From NCBI GenBank assembly GCA_047947115.1, contig CP170459.1, forward strand, positions 4,160,001 to 4,224,000: a stretch of 64,000 nucleotides of DNA, given 5' to 3'. A program made the translations under genes and the position numbers. The notes under the pieces were generated by a model. It was not told where the DNA came from. It worked only from the letters and a program-made list of their open reading frames with translations, and did not search any database. Source of the DNA: Verrucomicrobiota bacterium. Lineage in GTDB: Bacteria > Verrucomicrobiota > Verrucomicrobiia > Limisphaerales > AAA164-E04. Below, piece by piece: positions 30,719 to 40,652 of this stretch (the first letter of the stretch is position 1; every line of letters starts with the position of its first letter).

Positions 30719-31849
30719 ATGAACAAAACCGAGAAAACCAAATGGTCACGTATGGGGTATGGCTTTTTCGCTCTCACATTTCACTTCTGCGTGTTCTGCA
30801 CGTCAGCCCATTCGCTGGACACATGGCAAGTTCGGCACTCCGGTGAAAACGGACTCACCGGTGTTACTTTTGGTTCCGATTTGTTTGTGGCTGTTGGGGG
30901 GAACGGGACTATTCTGACATCAACAAATGGTGAGATTTGGGAATCACAAGATTCAGGGACCAGTGTGGCTCTCAACGATGTCGCATATGGTAACGATACA
31001 TTTGTTGCAGTAGGGGCCAACGGGTTGGTATTGACATCGCCAGATGGAAGCAATTGGGGGGCCAAAGCATCAGGGAGCACTGCCAAATTACAGTCTGTTG
31101 CCTTTGAGAATGGTCTTTTTGTTGCAGTTGGCGAATCCCTTACATTACTGACATCGATAGATGGCCATGCATGGACGATTCAAAAACTCGATGCCCCTTT
31201 TATTCCATGGTTCATAGCTCACGGCGCAGGTTTGTTTTTAATTGAAAGCACCCGAGGCAAAGTTCTCGTTTCTATAGACGGCGCCAATTGGCTTGAGCAA
31301 AAAACGGGTTCTGACACGGGTCTTTACAGGGCTGGCTTTGGCGGAGGCCGGTTTGTCGCGATTGACACCAACACCCGTACGTTTCTCTCTGCTGACGGGA
31401 TCAATTGGCTGGAAGGTGGCACGACAAACCTGGGACGACATGGCGGGATTGCCTATGGAAATGGCCATTTTGTCGCCGGAGGCGGTGGTCTTGAGTATTC
31501 GCAAAATGGAATTGACTGGACCTTCAGTCCTTCAAGCTATGTTAGAGCTATCAAAGATGTGGCGTTTGGTGACGGGACTTTCGTAGCGGTTGGTTCGGGA
31601 GAAACAATCATGCAATCGCCCCCTGTTGTCTGGCTTCAAAGTATAGATCAGGGAATTTTGGACATTTACGGTCCGAGCGGAATCTCATACAGCATTGAGG
31701 CTCGAAATTCTCTGACAACTGATAGTAAATGGAGCAACTTGATGAACCTAACGGCCACTAACCTTCCACACCGCTGGGTAGACCCGGAAAGATTGCAGCA
31801 TTCAAACCGCTTTTATCGCGTGACAACTCGAGAGCAGCCAAGACCCTAA
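30719..31849 (+). CDS. Secreted BNR/beta-propeller-like repeat protein
   Basis: Signal peptide; repeated V-A-(Y/F)-G-x-x-x-F-V-A-V-G...L-T-S-x-D-G-x-x-W; C-terminal RFYRV. Confidence 0.82.
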   Translation: MNKTEKTKWSRMGYGFFALTFHFCVFCTSAHSLDTWQVRHSGENGLTGVTFGSDLFVAVGGNGTILTSTNGEIWESQDSGTSVALNDVAYGNDTFVAVGANGLVLTSPDGSNWGAKASGSTAKLQSVAFENGLFVAVGESLTLLTSIDGHAWTIQKLDAPFIPWFIAHGAGLFLIESTRGKVLVSIDGANWLEQKTGSDTGLYRAGFGGGRFVAIDTNTRTFLSADGINWLEGGTTNLGRHGGIAYGNGHFVAGGGGLEYSQNGIDWTFSPSSYVRAIKDVAFGDGTFVAVGSGETIMQSPPVVWLQSIDQGILDIYGPSGISYSIEARNSLTTDSKWSNLMNLTATNLPHRWVDPERLQHSNRFYRVTTREQPRP

Positions 31850-31964
31850 AACAAATGATCAAGAACAGGTTTGAAAAATGTAGGAAATCGACGATACCGC
31901 AATTAAACCTACCAAGGGAAACAGCAACTCAACAGCCCTTCAGTCTCATAATCCCGCGACTGCG

Positions 31965-33479
31965 CATGCGCGTCAGGATAAAGCCAGGAGGTTTTGTTCA
32001 TAGTTTTGACGCGATCGTTTGTCATATTTGCATTGGTATCTCATTTGTATAGGGATAGCATCGCTGACTTGTACATTCCACGCTTCAAAACACAGAGCCA
32101 AAAAGTAATCTTCAAGTAGAGCAGCCAGTTACCACATGCTCAAATACGCCGCGTTGCAAGTCTGCCATGGGGCAAGCCAGTCACGCTCTATCAAGTTTGT
32201 AAAAACGGTAATAAAAATGAGTCGTGCATAAATCACTATCCAGAGTTGCTCTGCAGAACCGTCAGGAACCTCGGTGATACGAAAATGGCTTTTCCATGCC
32301 TTAAAAATGGTTTCTATCCGCCAGCGCAAACCGTAGATCTTTGCCACTTCTTTTGCTGCGCATTCGTTCTGGGGAACATTGGTTATGAATATCGCCCAAC
32401 CAAGCAACTCCAACCTTTGGGCATTGGGCTTTCGCCTTTTATCACGATTGCTCTTGGCTTTGCGTCGTCGTTCTGCCGCGATCTCATCGGGAAGTTTGAT
32501 GGCCACCAATCGCACGGGTAACTGCTTATCTGAGAGCAAAACATCAAAGTCCAAATTTCCTAATCGTTTCAGTTTTTTGAGTAAATCGATTTTTTCTCCT
32601 GTGGCTGGGTCCCTCACTTCGATATCCAATCGGATTCGACTCAAATAATAGGCTCCAGCGTTTGCTATCTGTTGAAATGATTCTATCACGAAATAGACCA
32701 AGTCACGCAGTATTAAGTCCCCCTTACGTATGACTTTCAAAATATCATAAGTTGCGGTTTGGTCGTTACGTCTAAATCCACTTATCCCGAAGTAGAGGAA
32801 TTGTTGATTTTGTATATCCTGAATGGCTTGTATTTTCAGCGATGCAATTTTGGAACCACTTTGATTAGCCGAACCGGGAAAAGCAGCCGCCAGTTTCGAA
32901 TTTACTTTGATGGTCGTGCTATCTTGAACAAGGATTCGTGGAAATCGATTGAACTTGTTTGGGACGTTGCGGCCATTGTCTTTGGATTTGGCGCTTAATA
33001 CTAGCGCCAGGATGCATTGAATATAATTCACAGCGCCATGGTTCATTCGTTCCCACAATGACTGTTTGGCAATAGTATTATTGCTCAAAATTCCCAACAA
33101 AGTCGCCCATCGACTCAAACTTGCGGTGCCTTGGCAAACCAATAGAATAGTCGCTTGTAAAAAAAATTCGGGCATTATTTCTCGCGGAGTTCGCAGGACA
33201 AAGCCGGTGGCGCGAGCAAGTGTCTGGAAATCGAAATCAGCGAACCAATCGGTTAATGTTTGAGCACATCGGTGCCATTCATGAGGCAGGGAAACCCCTT
33301 GTGAATCTGGGAGTGAAGTCAAACATTTGGGTTGAGATCTTGTTGTGTTTTGAAGATCTGAAGATGATATTGTCTGACAAGGATTTGTTCGAGAGTCATT
33401 TGGAAGAGTAGAAAAGCAAACTGCACATAAAAGCACAGCTTTATCGTTAAAAATAATCACTTTTATCCTGACGCGCATG
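31965..33479 (-). mobile_element. IS4-family element, second (decayed) copy of the 26418 element
   Basis: Same terminal IRs and near-identical sequence; no matching target duplication on the right. Confidence 0.92.
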
Positions 33480-33484
33480 AGCAA
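32129..33484 (-). pseudogene. IS4 transposase with premature stop
   Basis: ATG TTG AAA of copy 1 is ATG TGG TAA here, removing ~50 C-terminal residues; RDLGYF has become RDLVYF. Confidence 0.8.
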
Positions 33485-33885
33485 CTAGAGGAATTGGATT
33501 TGAAGAATTTAGCAACCGGAATCGCCTACCAGATGCGATTGAATTTCCAACAAGTCTATCGCAGTCGCAATGAGGTTACAGCGCGAAAAAACATGGTCAA
33601 ATGGATAGGATGGGTAAAACGAAGGGCGAAAAAATCAGGGGATATGTTGGAACCAATGGTCAAGGTGGCAAACAGTATTGAACGTCACTTGGAAGGTATA
33701 CTTGCTCATTGGAAAAAGAAACTGACCACAGCGTTCATGGAAGGATTGAATAGCGTTTTCAGCGCGGTCAAGCGGAAAGCCAGGGGCTTTCGCTCATCCG
33801 TATACATGACCACCATGCTTTACTTTGTAGCCGGTAAACTCAGAATCCCGGCTTAAGTTAATTCCACTGGAATTATCGAAGAACC
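33480..33885 (+). mobile_element. ISL3-family remnant (C-terminal transposase fragment 33494-33856 and right end)
   Basis: TTAFMEGLNSVFSAVKRKARGFRS motif; terminus ...ATCGAAGAACC (GGTTCT on the minus strand); 5' part cut off by the IS4 copy. Confidence 0.85.
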
Positions 33886-34100
33886 AAGATTGGCTGCCAA
33901 TCCAGCCGAAACATTGACCATGCTCAAAGCATGTTAGCCTTTAAAACAAAAAGCCGTGGTATTCGATAGAAATCGATCTTGGGTGTCCATTGAATACCTT
34001 CAAAGATGCGGTCCTCCGAGGCTGTCTGTTTGTCAATGCACCAGTTGAGCCCTCAGGCCCGGTACTTGACAAATACCACAACATCCGCAACCTCGAAGGC

Positions 34101-36071
34101 GTGAGAACCCTGATACTCTGCGCGATGCTCTGCGCGGCTGCGTACCTGCACGCCGCAGGATGGCCTTTTGTCCCTTTGACTGCTCCGCCAATCCCAAGCA
34201 ATTCAAGCAATCCTGGTTCTCATCCGATCGACTGCTTTATCCAGGATCAGTTAGCGGCATCAGGACTCGCAATGAATCCCACCGCATTCCCCAGAGAGTT
34301 GATTCGCCGAGCTTACTACGACCTGATCGGACTCCCCCCCACTTACGAAGAAGTTCAACAATTTGAACAAAACCCTACGGATCAACATTGGAATAATATC
34401 ATTCAAGACCTGTTGAAACGTCCACAATATGGCGAACGATGGGCGAGCCACTGGTTGGATATCGTGAGGTTTGCGGAAACCAACGGATACGAGCGTGACG
34501 GACCAAAACCGGAAGCATGGCGCTATCGGGATTATGTGATTCAATCCCTGAACACAGACAAACCTTACGATCAATTCATTCGCGAACAATTGGCGGGCGA
34601 CCTGCTTTATCCCGAATCGAGACAAGCGCTGGTCGCCACCGGATTCTACCGTCTGCATGTTTATGACGATGAACCTGACGACGCATTGAAGGCGGATTAC
34701 GACACCTTGGATGACATTCTTTCCACCATTGGATCGGCATTCCTGGGGGTCACAGTGAATTGCGCGAGATGTCATGATCATAAATTTGATCCCATGTCCC
34801 AGGCGGAATACTACGCGTTGCTCGATTTTATACATCGTATCGAACCATACGGTCGTCCCCATACAGGAGGCGGTTCAAGACCTTACGGCGCCATCACACG
34901 ACCTCTCGCCACGCACAGCGAAATCTCGCAATGGAAGGAACGACAGGAAAAAGACATTCGCGCCCTTGAAGAAAAAATCAACAGCACATCCGTTTCCGAT
35001 CAGGAATCCATTGCTCGAAAACTCGAAGAACTCAAAAAACAAACACCTCCCTTCGAAAACGTCCTGGCCATTTCAGATGCCACTCCGAAGGAAGATTGGA
35101 GCACCCATCGATTGCAAAGAGGCGACCCTCGACTCAAAGGGGAAAAAGTGACCGCCCGTATCCCGACAATGTTGTCGACAAAAACAAGTGATTCACGCGG
35201 CGACTCAAGAGCCGACCTGGCATCATGGGCATCTTCCTCTGACAATCCCATGACCGCCCGTGTCATCGCCAACCGAATCTGGCAACACCATTTTGGAAGA
35301 GGCATTGTCGCGACACCCAATGATTTCGGGGCGGCAGGTTCAGGGGCCACTCACCCGGACCTGTTGGATCATCTGGCCGCGCATCTCATTCAATCAGGGT
35401 GGAGTTTGAAGGAACTGCATCATTACATCATGACAAGCAAGACCTACCGCATGTCCTCTCGCGCTCACCAACCATCCGCCCTTCTGAAGGACCCATCCAA
35501 TCAGTTGTTTTGGCGTCAGGAGTTGCGTAGAATGGATGCCGAGGTGCTGCGTGATTCCATGCTGCTTTTCAGCGGAGATTTGAATTTGAAACCTTCGGGT
35601 CCAGGCATCTACCCGGAGTTGCCTGCGGAGGTGCATCGAACACAGGACAGCGCACGCAAGGGTTGGGGCGAAAGTTCTTTGGAAGATCAAAACCGACGGA
35701 GCATTTATATTTACGCAAAGCGTGCCCTGCCTCTGCCTTTGTTGGAAGTGTTTGATGCCAGTCATGTCTCCTTTTCACTTGGACGACGCCCGGTCACCAC
35801 CGTCGCACCCCAGGCATTGACTCTGTTAAATGATGCCTTCATGCAAGACCGCGCCGCGCGCCTGGCCTATCAAACCAGCTCCATGAATGAACTATTCAAA
35901 ATCCTCTGGCAACGACTTCCTTCGGACGATGAATACAAGGCATGCGAAGCAATGCTGAAGGATCAGACCGAACTCCTCCGATCCGATGGCAACCAGCAAG
36001 CAGAGGAACAGGCATGGGCACACCTTTGTTTGGCGATGCTCAATGCAAATGAATCCATCATGATCGATTAA
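34101..36071 (+). CDS. DUF1549 + DUF1553 (PSCyt2/PSD1) protein
   Basis: HPID, RRAYYDLIGLPPT, YGERWASHWLD, CARCHDHKFDP, ARVIANRIWQHHFGRG. GTG start chosen to give a signal peptide. Confidence 0.92.
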   Translation: MRTLILCAMLCAAAYLHAAGWPFVPLTAPPIPSNSSNPGSHPIDCFIQDQLAASGLAMNPTAFPRELIRRAYYDLIGLPPTYEEVQQFEQNPTDQHWNNIIQDLLKRPQYGERWASHWLDIVRFAETNGYERDGPKPEAWRYRDYVIQSLNTDKPYDQFIREQLAGDLLYPESRQALVATGFYRLHVYDDEPDDALKADYDTLDDILSTIGSAFLGVTVNCARCHDHKFDPMSQAEYYALLDFIHRIEPYGRPHTGGGSRPYGAITRPLATHSEISQWKERQEKDIRALEEKINSTSVSDQESIARKLEELKKQTPPFENVLAISDATPKEDWSTHRLQRGDPRLKGEKVTARIPTMLSTKTSDSRGDSRADLASWASSSDNPMTARVIANRIWQHHFGRGIVATPNDFGAAGSGATHPDLLDHLAAHLIQSGWSLKELHHYIMTSKTYRMSSRAHQPSALLKDPSNQLFWRQELRRMDAEVLRDSMLLFSGDLNLKPSGPGIYPELPAEVHRTQDSARKGWGESSLEDQNRRSIYIYAKRALPLPLLEVFDASHVSFSLGRRPVTTVAPQALTLLNDAFMQDRAARLAYQTSSMNELFKILWQRLPSDDEYKACEAMLKDQTELLRSDGNQQAEEQAWAHLCLAMLNANESIMID

Positions 36072-36085
36072 CGAAAGGAGGATGC

Positions 36086-37600
36086 ATGAAGGTTCAGAAT
36101 AGGTCATTTCATGGGAACGGAAAGAATGGAACCATTGGCACCGAATCGGGAGAGTCAGGCACTGCATCGCGCAGATCCTTCATCCATGGGCTTGGGGCGG
36201 GATTTGGCTCATTGGCTTTGGAAGGAATCTTGCAGGCTGAAAACCCTGCTTCGAGTCATCTGACCAAGGCCTTGCCACATATCGCGCCCAAGGCAAAGTC
36301 ATGTATTTTTTTGTTTATGTTCGGCGGGCCATCCCAACTGGATTTGTTCGACTATAAACCGGAGCTTCAAAAGCGGGACGGTCAAACATTTCAAAATGAA
36401 TTCCGTCGCAACACACTCACCAAAGCCGTGCTGCAGGCCAGTCGCCGAACCTTTCGCCAACACGGACAGTCCGGACTTTGGTGTTCCGATGCGCTGCCTC
36501 ATTTGTCCAGACACATGGACAAGCTCGCGATGATTCATTCGCTGCACAGTGATTCATTTGCGCACGGCTCTGCCCTGTTGAACATGAACACAGGTCGCGC
36601 CATTCAAGGGCATCCTTCTGTGGGGGCCTGGGTGAGTTATGGCTTGGGTTCCATGAATCGAAACCTGCCTGCTTATGTGGTGATGCTGGACCCAAGAGGA
36701 GGTCCCACGACCGGCTCACCCAATTGGTCCAGCGGTTACATGCCCGCCTCCTATCAGGGAACGGTTCTTCGTACTCAAGGAGCGCCCGTTTTAAACCTGA
36801 ATCCGCCCGACGGCATTTCACGCGAAATGCAACGGAACCAGATCGATCTGGCCCAGTTTTTCAATCAACGACATCAAAAAGAACGTCCCAACAACAGTGA
36901 ACTGGAAGCAAGAATTGAGAGTTACGAATTGGCGTTTCGCCTGCAGATGACCGCCCCAGAGGCTTTGGATATCGAAAGTGAAACCACTTCCATCCAATCG
37001 CTGTATGGCATCGATGATCCCAAAGGTTCCCACAAACTCACCGTCGGCCCGGAGCCGTTCGGCAGGCAATGCCTCATCGCACGACGCATGGTCGAGCGCG
37101 GTGTTCGGTTCGTCCAGATCTATTCCGGCGGCGGCGCAGCGGGTGGCCAGAATTCATGGGACGGACATCACGGCATCGAGGAGAACCTGGAAATCCACTG
37201 CCCGGAAATCGACAAGCCCATCGCCGGGTTACTGCAGGACCTGGATCAACGCGGTCTGCTGGAGGAAACTCTGGTCGTGTGGGGCGGCGAATTCGGTCGC
37301 CAACCCGTATCCGAAACCTTCAACACCGGCGGCAAACCGGGTGGTCGCGATCATAACCCACTCGGATTTACCTATTGGATGGCGGGTGGCGGTGTCAAAG
37401 CGGGAACACGCTACGGAGAAACAGATGAGTTAGGAGAACACGCGGTTGTAAACCGTCACCACCTGAGGGATCTGCACGCCACCATCCTGCATCAAATGGG
37501 GCTCGACCACTCTCGCCTGACTTATCCCTACGCCGGCCTGGACCAGCGTTTGACCGGTGTGGAAGTGGAAGCTGAAGTAATCCGTGGCTTGATCGCATAA
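36086..37600 (+). CDS. DUF1501 protein with Tat-like signal
   Basis: SRRSFI; AKSCIFLFMFGGPSQLDLFDYKP; WGGEFGR; GRDHNP. Confidence 0.93.
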   Translation: MKVQNRSFHGNGKNGTIGTESGESGTASRRSFIHGLGAGFGSLALEGILQAENPASSHLTKALPHIAPKAKSCIFLFMFGGPSQLDLFDYKPELQKRDGQTFQNEFRRNTLTKAVLQASRRTFRQHGQSGLWCSDALPHLSRHMDKLAMIHSLHSDSFAHGSALLNMNTGRAIQGHPSVGAWVSYGLGSMNRNLPAYVVMLDPRGGPTTGSPNWSSGYMPASYQGTVLRTQGAPVLNLNPPDGISREMQRNQIDLAQFFNQRHQKERPNNSELEARIESYELAFRLQMTAPEALDIESETTSIQSLYGIDDPKGSHKLTVGPEPFGRQCLIARRMVERGVRFVQIYSGGGAAGGQNSWDGHHGIEENLEIHCPEIDKPIAGLLQDLDQRGLLEETLVVWGGEFGRQPVSETFNTGGKPGGRDHNPLGFTYWMAGGGVKAGTRYGETDELGEHAVVNRHHLRDLHATILHQMGLDHSRLTYPYAGLDQRLTGVEVEAEVIRGLIA

Positions 37601-37614
37601 CGATATCATTCATC

Positions 37615-40236
37615 ATGAGAAGAATCCTGTTTACAACAATGGTTACCGGCCTGTGCCTGAACTTGAATTTAAAACCCACCCTGGCTCAGGATGCTGACCG
37701 GATTCCGCCCAACATCCAGACAGTTCTGGATCACACCCAACCACTCGAACATCCACGGTTGAACCGACTGCCGCTTTATGTCTGGCCCATTCACCAGGCA
37801 CTGAAAGGTCTTCCGGATACCCAAGCACGAACCATCCTCAGCCAACTGGATCAACGAGGCATCGGATATTGCGTCGACTGGAACCACACGCCCTTCGAAG
37901 AAAACGTTCAAGAAGCAATCCGCATCGCCCGAATCCAGCAATCACTTGGCATGGAAATCAGTGTCAATGCGAACATTTGCCTGTATTCACTGTTTGACGG
38001 CACCGATGAAACAGCCCATATCGACCAACATGGCCAACCTTTTTGGGATACTTCATTCGGACCGAAAACCGGTTGTCCTTTTGCATTGGAACACCGCGTT
38101 CCCGTCATTCGTCAGCGCATCAAGTCCTTTGTTGAAGCCTATCGCGATGCCGGAGTTGAAATTGATTTCATCTTCGCGGATTGGGAAATTGACGGCCCCA
38201 TGGAATGGAATGAAGCATGGGAGCATTCAAAGCGCTGTGTCCGTTGCCAGCAGCAACTTCCGGACAATCATGATTTCCGCACATTCCAAACCATACTCCG
38301 ACGCAAGCGCAGCGACATGCAAAAACACATGTTTTCCACCCCTGTGCTGGATGTCTTCCCTCGGGCATTGGTGGGCAATTACGCAGTTCACCCGCATGAT
38401 GGCTACCGATACTGGTTTGATTACTTTGAAAAGCTCCCCGATGCCGCCCCGGTGATCAAGGAACACAAAGCTCTTTACCGTGAATGGGCTCCTGAGTTTG
38501 AGGCCTCCGGTTATACCTTGAGCATGCCGGTTGTGTACACCTGGTATGGCATCTTTGATTCGCTTCCTTTTGAACCAAGTGATTATCGTTGGTTTTACAA
38601 CATGCTTAAAGTGGCTTCGAACGCCGGCGCGCATACTTCAACCGCAACACCCTCCGTTCCCTTCGTGCACTGGCACACCACCGCCCCGCCGGATGCGCCG
38701 TCTGACTCCGTGATTCAATTTTCTGAAGGGCGTTATCAGGATCTGCTCTGGCACATGCTGTTGCGTGGACATGATTCATTCTTCCTTTGGTGCCTGCAAA
38801 AGGAACTGCCCAAAGAAATTTCACTGCTTCATGATGTGTACGCAGACTCCATGCAGTATTCGGACTTCATCCGCAACGGTTCTCCCATTGAACAATTCGT
38901 CCCCGGCCTGCCGGGCACTATTCTTTCCGGACTCCGCAAGGATGATCAGGTGCTGGTCAAACGAACGGATTTCACCAGTCACCAGGGCGAAATAAACATG
39001 AACCTTTCTGACAATGAATGGATCAGAGTGCCCGCTGGCTTTCAATTGGGAATTTTGCCGGTCATGCAAAGGAAATCTGGCACCTCATGGACGGACGCAC
39101 ATTTTCCAATTGGCATGTATGAACTACCCAAGACAGATTTGGAACTAAGAAAGATGGCCGACGCAGGCATCAACCTGGTACATGCCAACAATCGAACAGA
39201 TCTCGACCGGCTACATGCCCACGGAATGAAAGGATGGATCTCCTTGTCTGTTCAGGATGGTTTGTCGAGCAATCTATACGAGCAAACCTCATCCGTATGG
39301 AACCACCCTGCCCTGGCGGTCTGGGAAGGGCCGGATGAAATTGTTTGGACCTTCACCGCCTATAGTTTTCTCAAGGACAGGGCCGGATTTACCCGCGAAG
39401 ACTGGGAAAACCAAAAATCCATCGCCACGCAATATGCGGAATCGGTCGGCACCGATCTGCTATATCGCATGCGCCAATGCATCGAGTGGTTAAAACGCAA
39501 CGATCCCAATCATCACCCTTTCTGGATGAATGAGGCAGCGGACAGCGATGCTTTTTATGCACGTGGTTATATGGATCCCATCGATATCATCGGTTGCGAC
39601 TACTACGCCGTACGCGCCACAGGCACCGATATGCAAAGCAGCGGCAGATTGGTGCAACGATGGGATGCGATCGGTCAAGGGCGCCCGGTATGGATGGTGC
39701 TTCAAGGATTTTCCTGGCATGCGATTCGTCCAGACCGCGAAAAGCTCTATCCCAGCTTTGCGCAATCAAGATACCTTGCCTATGACGCCATCGTCCACGG
39801 AGCCAAAGGCATATTGTATTGGGGAACCAGCACCATTGACGATCCCGACTTCCGTCAATCATTGTATGCATTGACTTCAGAACTCTCTCACATCGGCCCC
39901 TACCTGGCAGCCCCCATACGAAGAGAATTACCAACACAGCTCATCTCCGATCTGTTCGATCCTTCAGGTAAAGGAGTCAAAACCCTGCTCTGCCAACTGG
40001 AAGATGAACAACTCCTTATCGTTTTAAATCTGGATCCGCATCGGCACCTGGCGGTTGAAATCGGGGGACTGGAAGCTCTGGACGGCCAACGCCTGCACCA
40101 ACTTTACGGTAACGAAATGCAGATACCGAAAAGAGGTAACATCATCACACGCCTGCAAGCAGAAGAAGTCAAAGTATTCGCAACAGACCCCACCCTGGCC
40201 AAAGGAATCCGCGAGGGACGCCAATACACTGAATAA
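37615..40236 (+). CDS. Secreted hypothetical protein, possibly two glycoside-hydrolase-like barrels
   Basis: 873 aa with signal peptide; C-terminal half has WEGPDE, DIIGCDYY, RPVWMVLQGF, AIVHGAKGILYW. Confidence 0.65.
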   Translation: MRRILFTTMVTGLCLNLNLKPTLAQDADRIPPNIQTVLDHTQPLEHPRLNRLPLYVWPIHQALKGLPDTQARTILSQLDQRGIGYCVDWNHTPFEENVQEAIRIARIQQSLGMEISVNANICLYSLFDGTDETAHIDQHGQPFWDTSFGPKTGCPFALEHRVPVIRQRIKSFVEAYRDAGVEIDFIFADWEIDGPMEWNEAWEHSKRCVRCQQQLPDNHDFRTFQTILRRKRSDMQKHMFSTPVLDVFPRALVGNYAVHPHDGYRYWFDYFEKLPDAAPVIKEHKALYREWAPEFEASGYTLSMPVVYTWYGIFDSLPFEPSDYRWFYNMLKVASNAGAHTSTATPSVPFVHWHTTAPPDAPSDSVIQFSEGRYQDLLWHMLLRGHDSFFLWCLQKELPKEISLLHDVYADSMQYSDFIRNGSPIEQFVPGLPGTILSGLRKDDQVLVKRTDFTSHQGEINMNLSDNEWIRVPAGFQLGILPVMQRKSGTSWTDAHFPIGMYELPKTDLELRKMADAGINLVHANNRTDLDRLHAHGMKGWISLSVQDGLSSNLYEQTSSVWNHPALAVWEGPDEIVWTFTAYSFLKDRAGFTREDWENQKSIATQYAESVGTDLLYRMRQCIEWLKRNDPNHHPFWMNEAADSDAFYARGYMDPIDIIGCDYYAVRATGTDMQSSGRLVQRWDAIGQGRPVWMVLQGFSWHAIRPDREKLYPSFAQSRYLAYDAIVHGAKGILYWGTSTIDDPDFRQSLYALTSELSHIGPYLAAPIRRELPTQLISDLFDPSGKGVKTLLCQLEDEQLLIVLNLDPHRHLAVEIGGLEALDGQRLHQLYGNEMQIPKRGNIITRLQAEEVKVFATDPTLAKGIREGRQYTE

Positions 40237-40245
40237 AGTTCCCAA

Positions 40246-40590
40246 GTAGCCGCTTTCGCCAGAAAGTGGCTCGCCAACGATTTCATCGTTCCAAAGGATT
40301 TTCGATGTTTTGGTATCTGGCTTGTGAATGATCCGGGGTTTTCCATGGAAAGATCTCTGGAACTCGAGCGCCATAAGGGTCCAGGCGGGACGCCCAGAGC
40401 TACCTTGTAGCCGCTTTCGCCAGAAAGTGGCTCGCCAACAATTTCATCGTTCCATTGGATTTTCGATGCTTTGGAATCTGGCTGGTGGATGATCCGGGGT
40501 TTTCCATGGAATGATTTCTGAAACTCGAGCGCCATAAGGTTCCGGGCGGGACGCCCAGAGCTACCTTGAAGCCGCTTTCGCCAGAAAGTG
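40246..40590. repeat. 161-bp tandem repeat (2 full units + 23 bp), REP mosaic
   Basis: Units start at 40246, 40407 and 40568 with G(T/A)AGCCGCTTTCGCCAGAAAGTG; full units end ...GGCGGGACGCCCAGAGCTACCTT. Confidence 0.92.
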
Positions 40591-40652
40591 ATCCAAAACA
40601 TCACGCCTAAAGATTGTCAGGCTCCAAATCTATGGATAATATCCAGACACTC

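Noticed and set aside
26418..33479. Composite transposon carrying the oxidoreductase and trxB
   Set aside because: Copy 1 has its own target duplication and the outer flanks of the pair do not match, so the two copies did not insert as one unit.
40104..40604. 166-aa and 116-aa minus-strand ORFs
   Set aside because: They run through the 161-bp non-coding repeat and overlap a real plus-strand gene.
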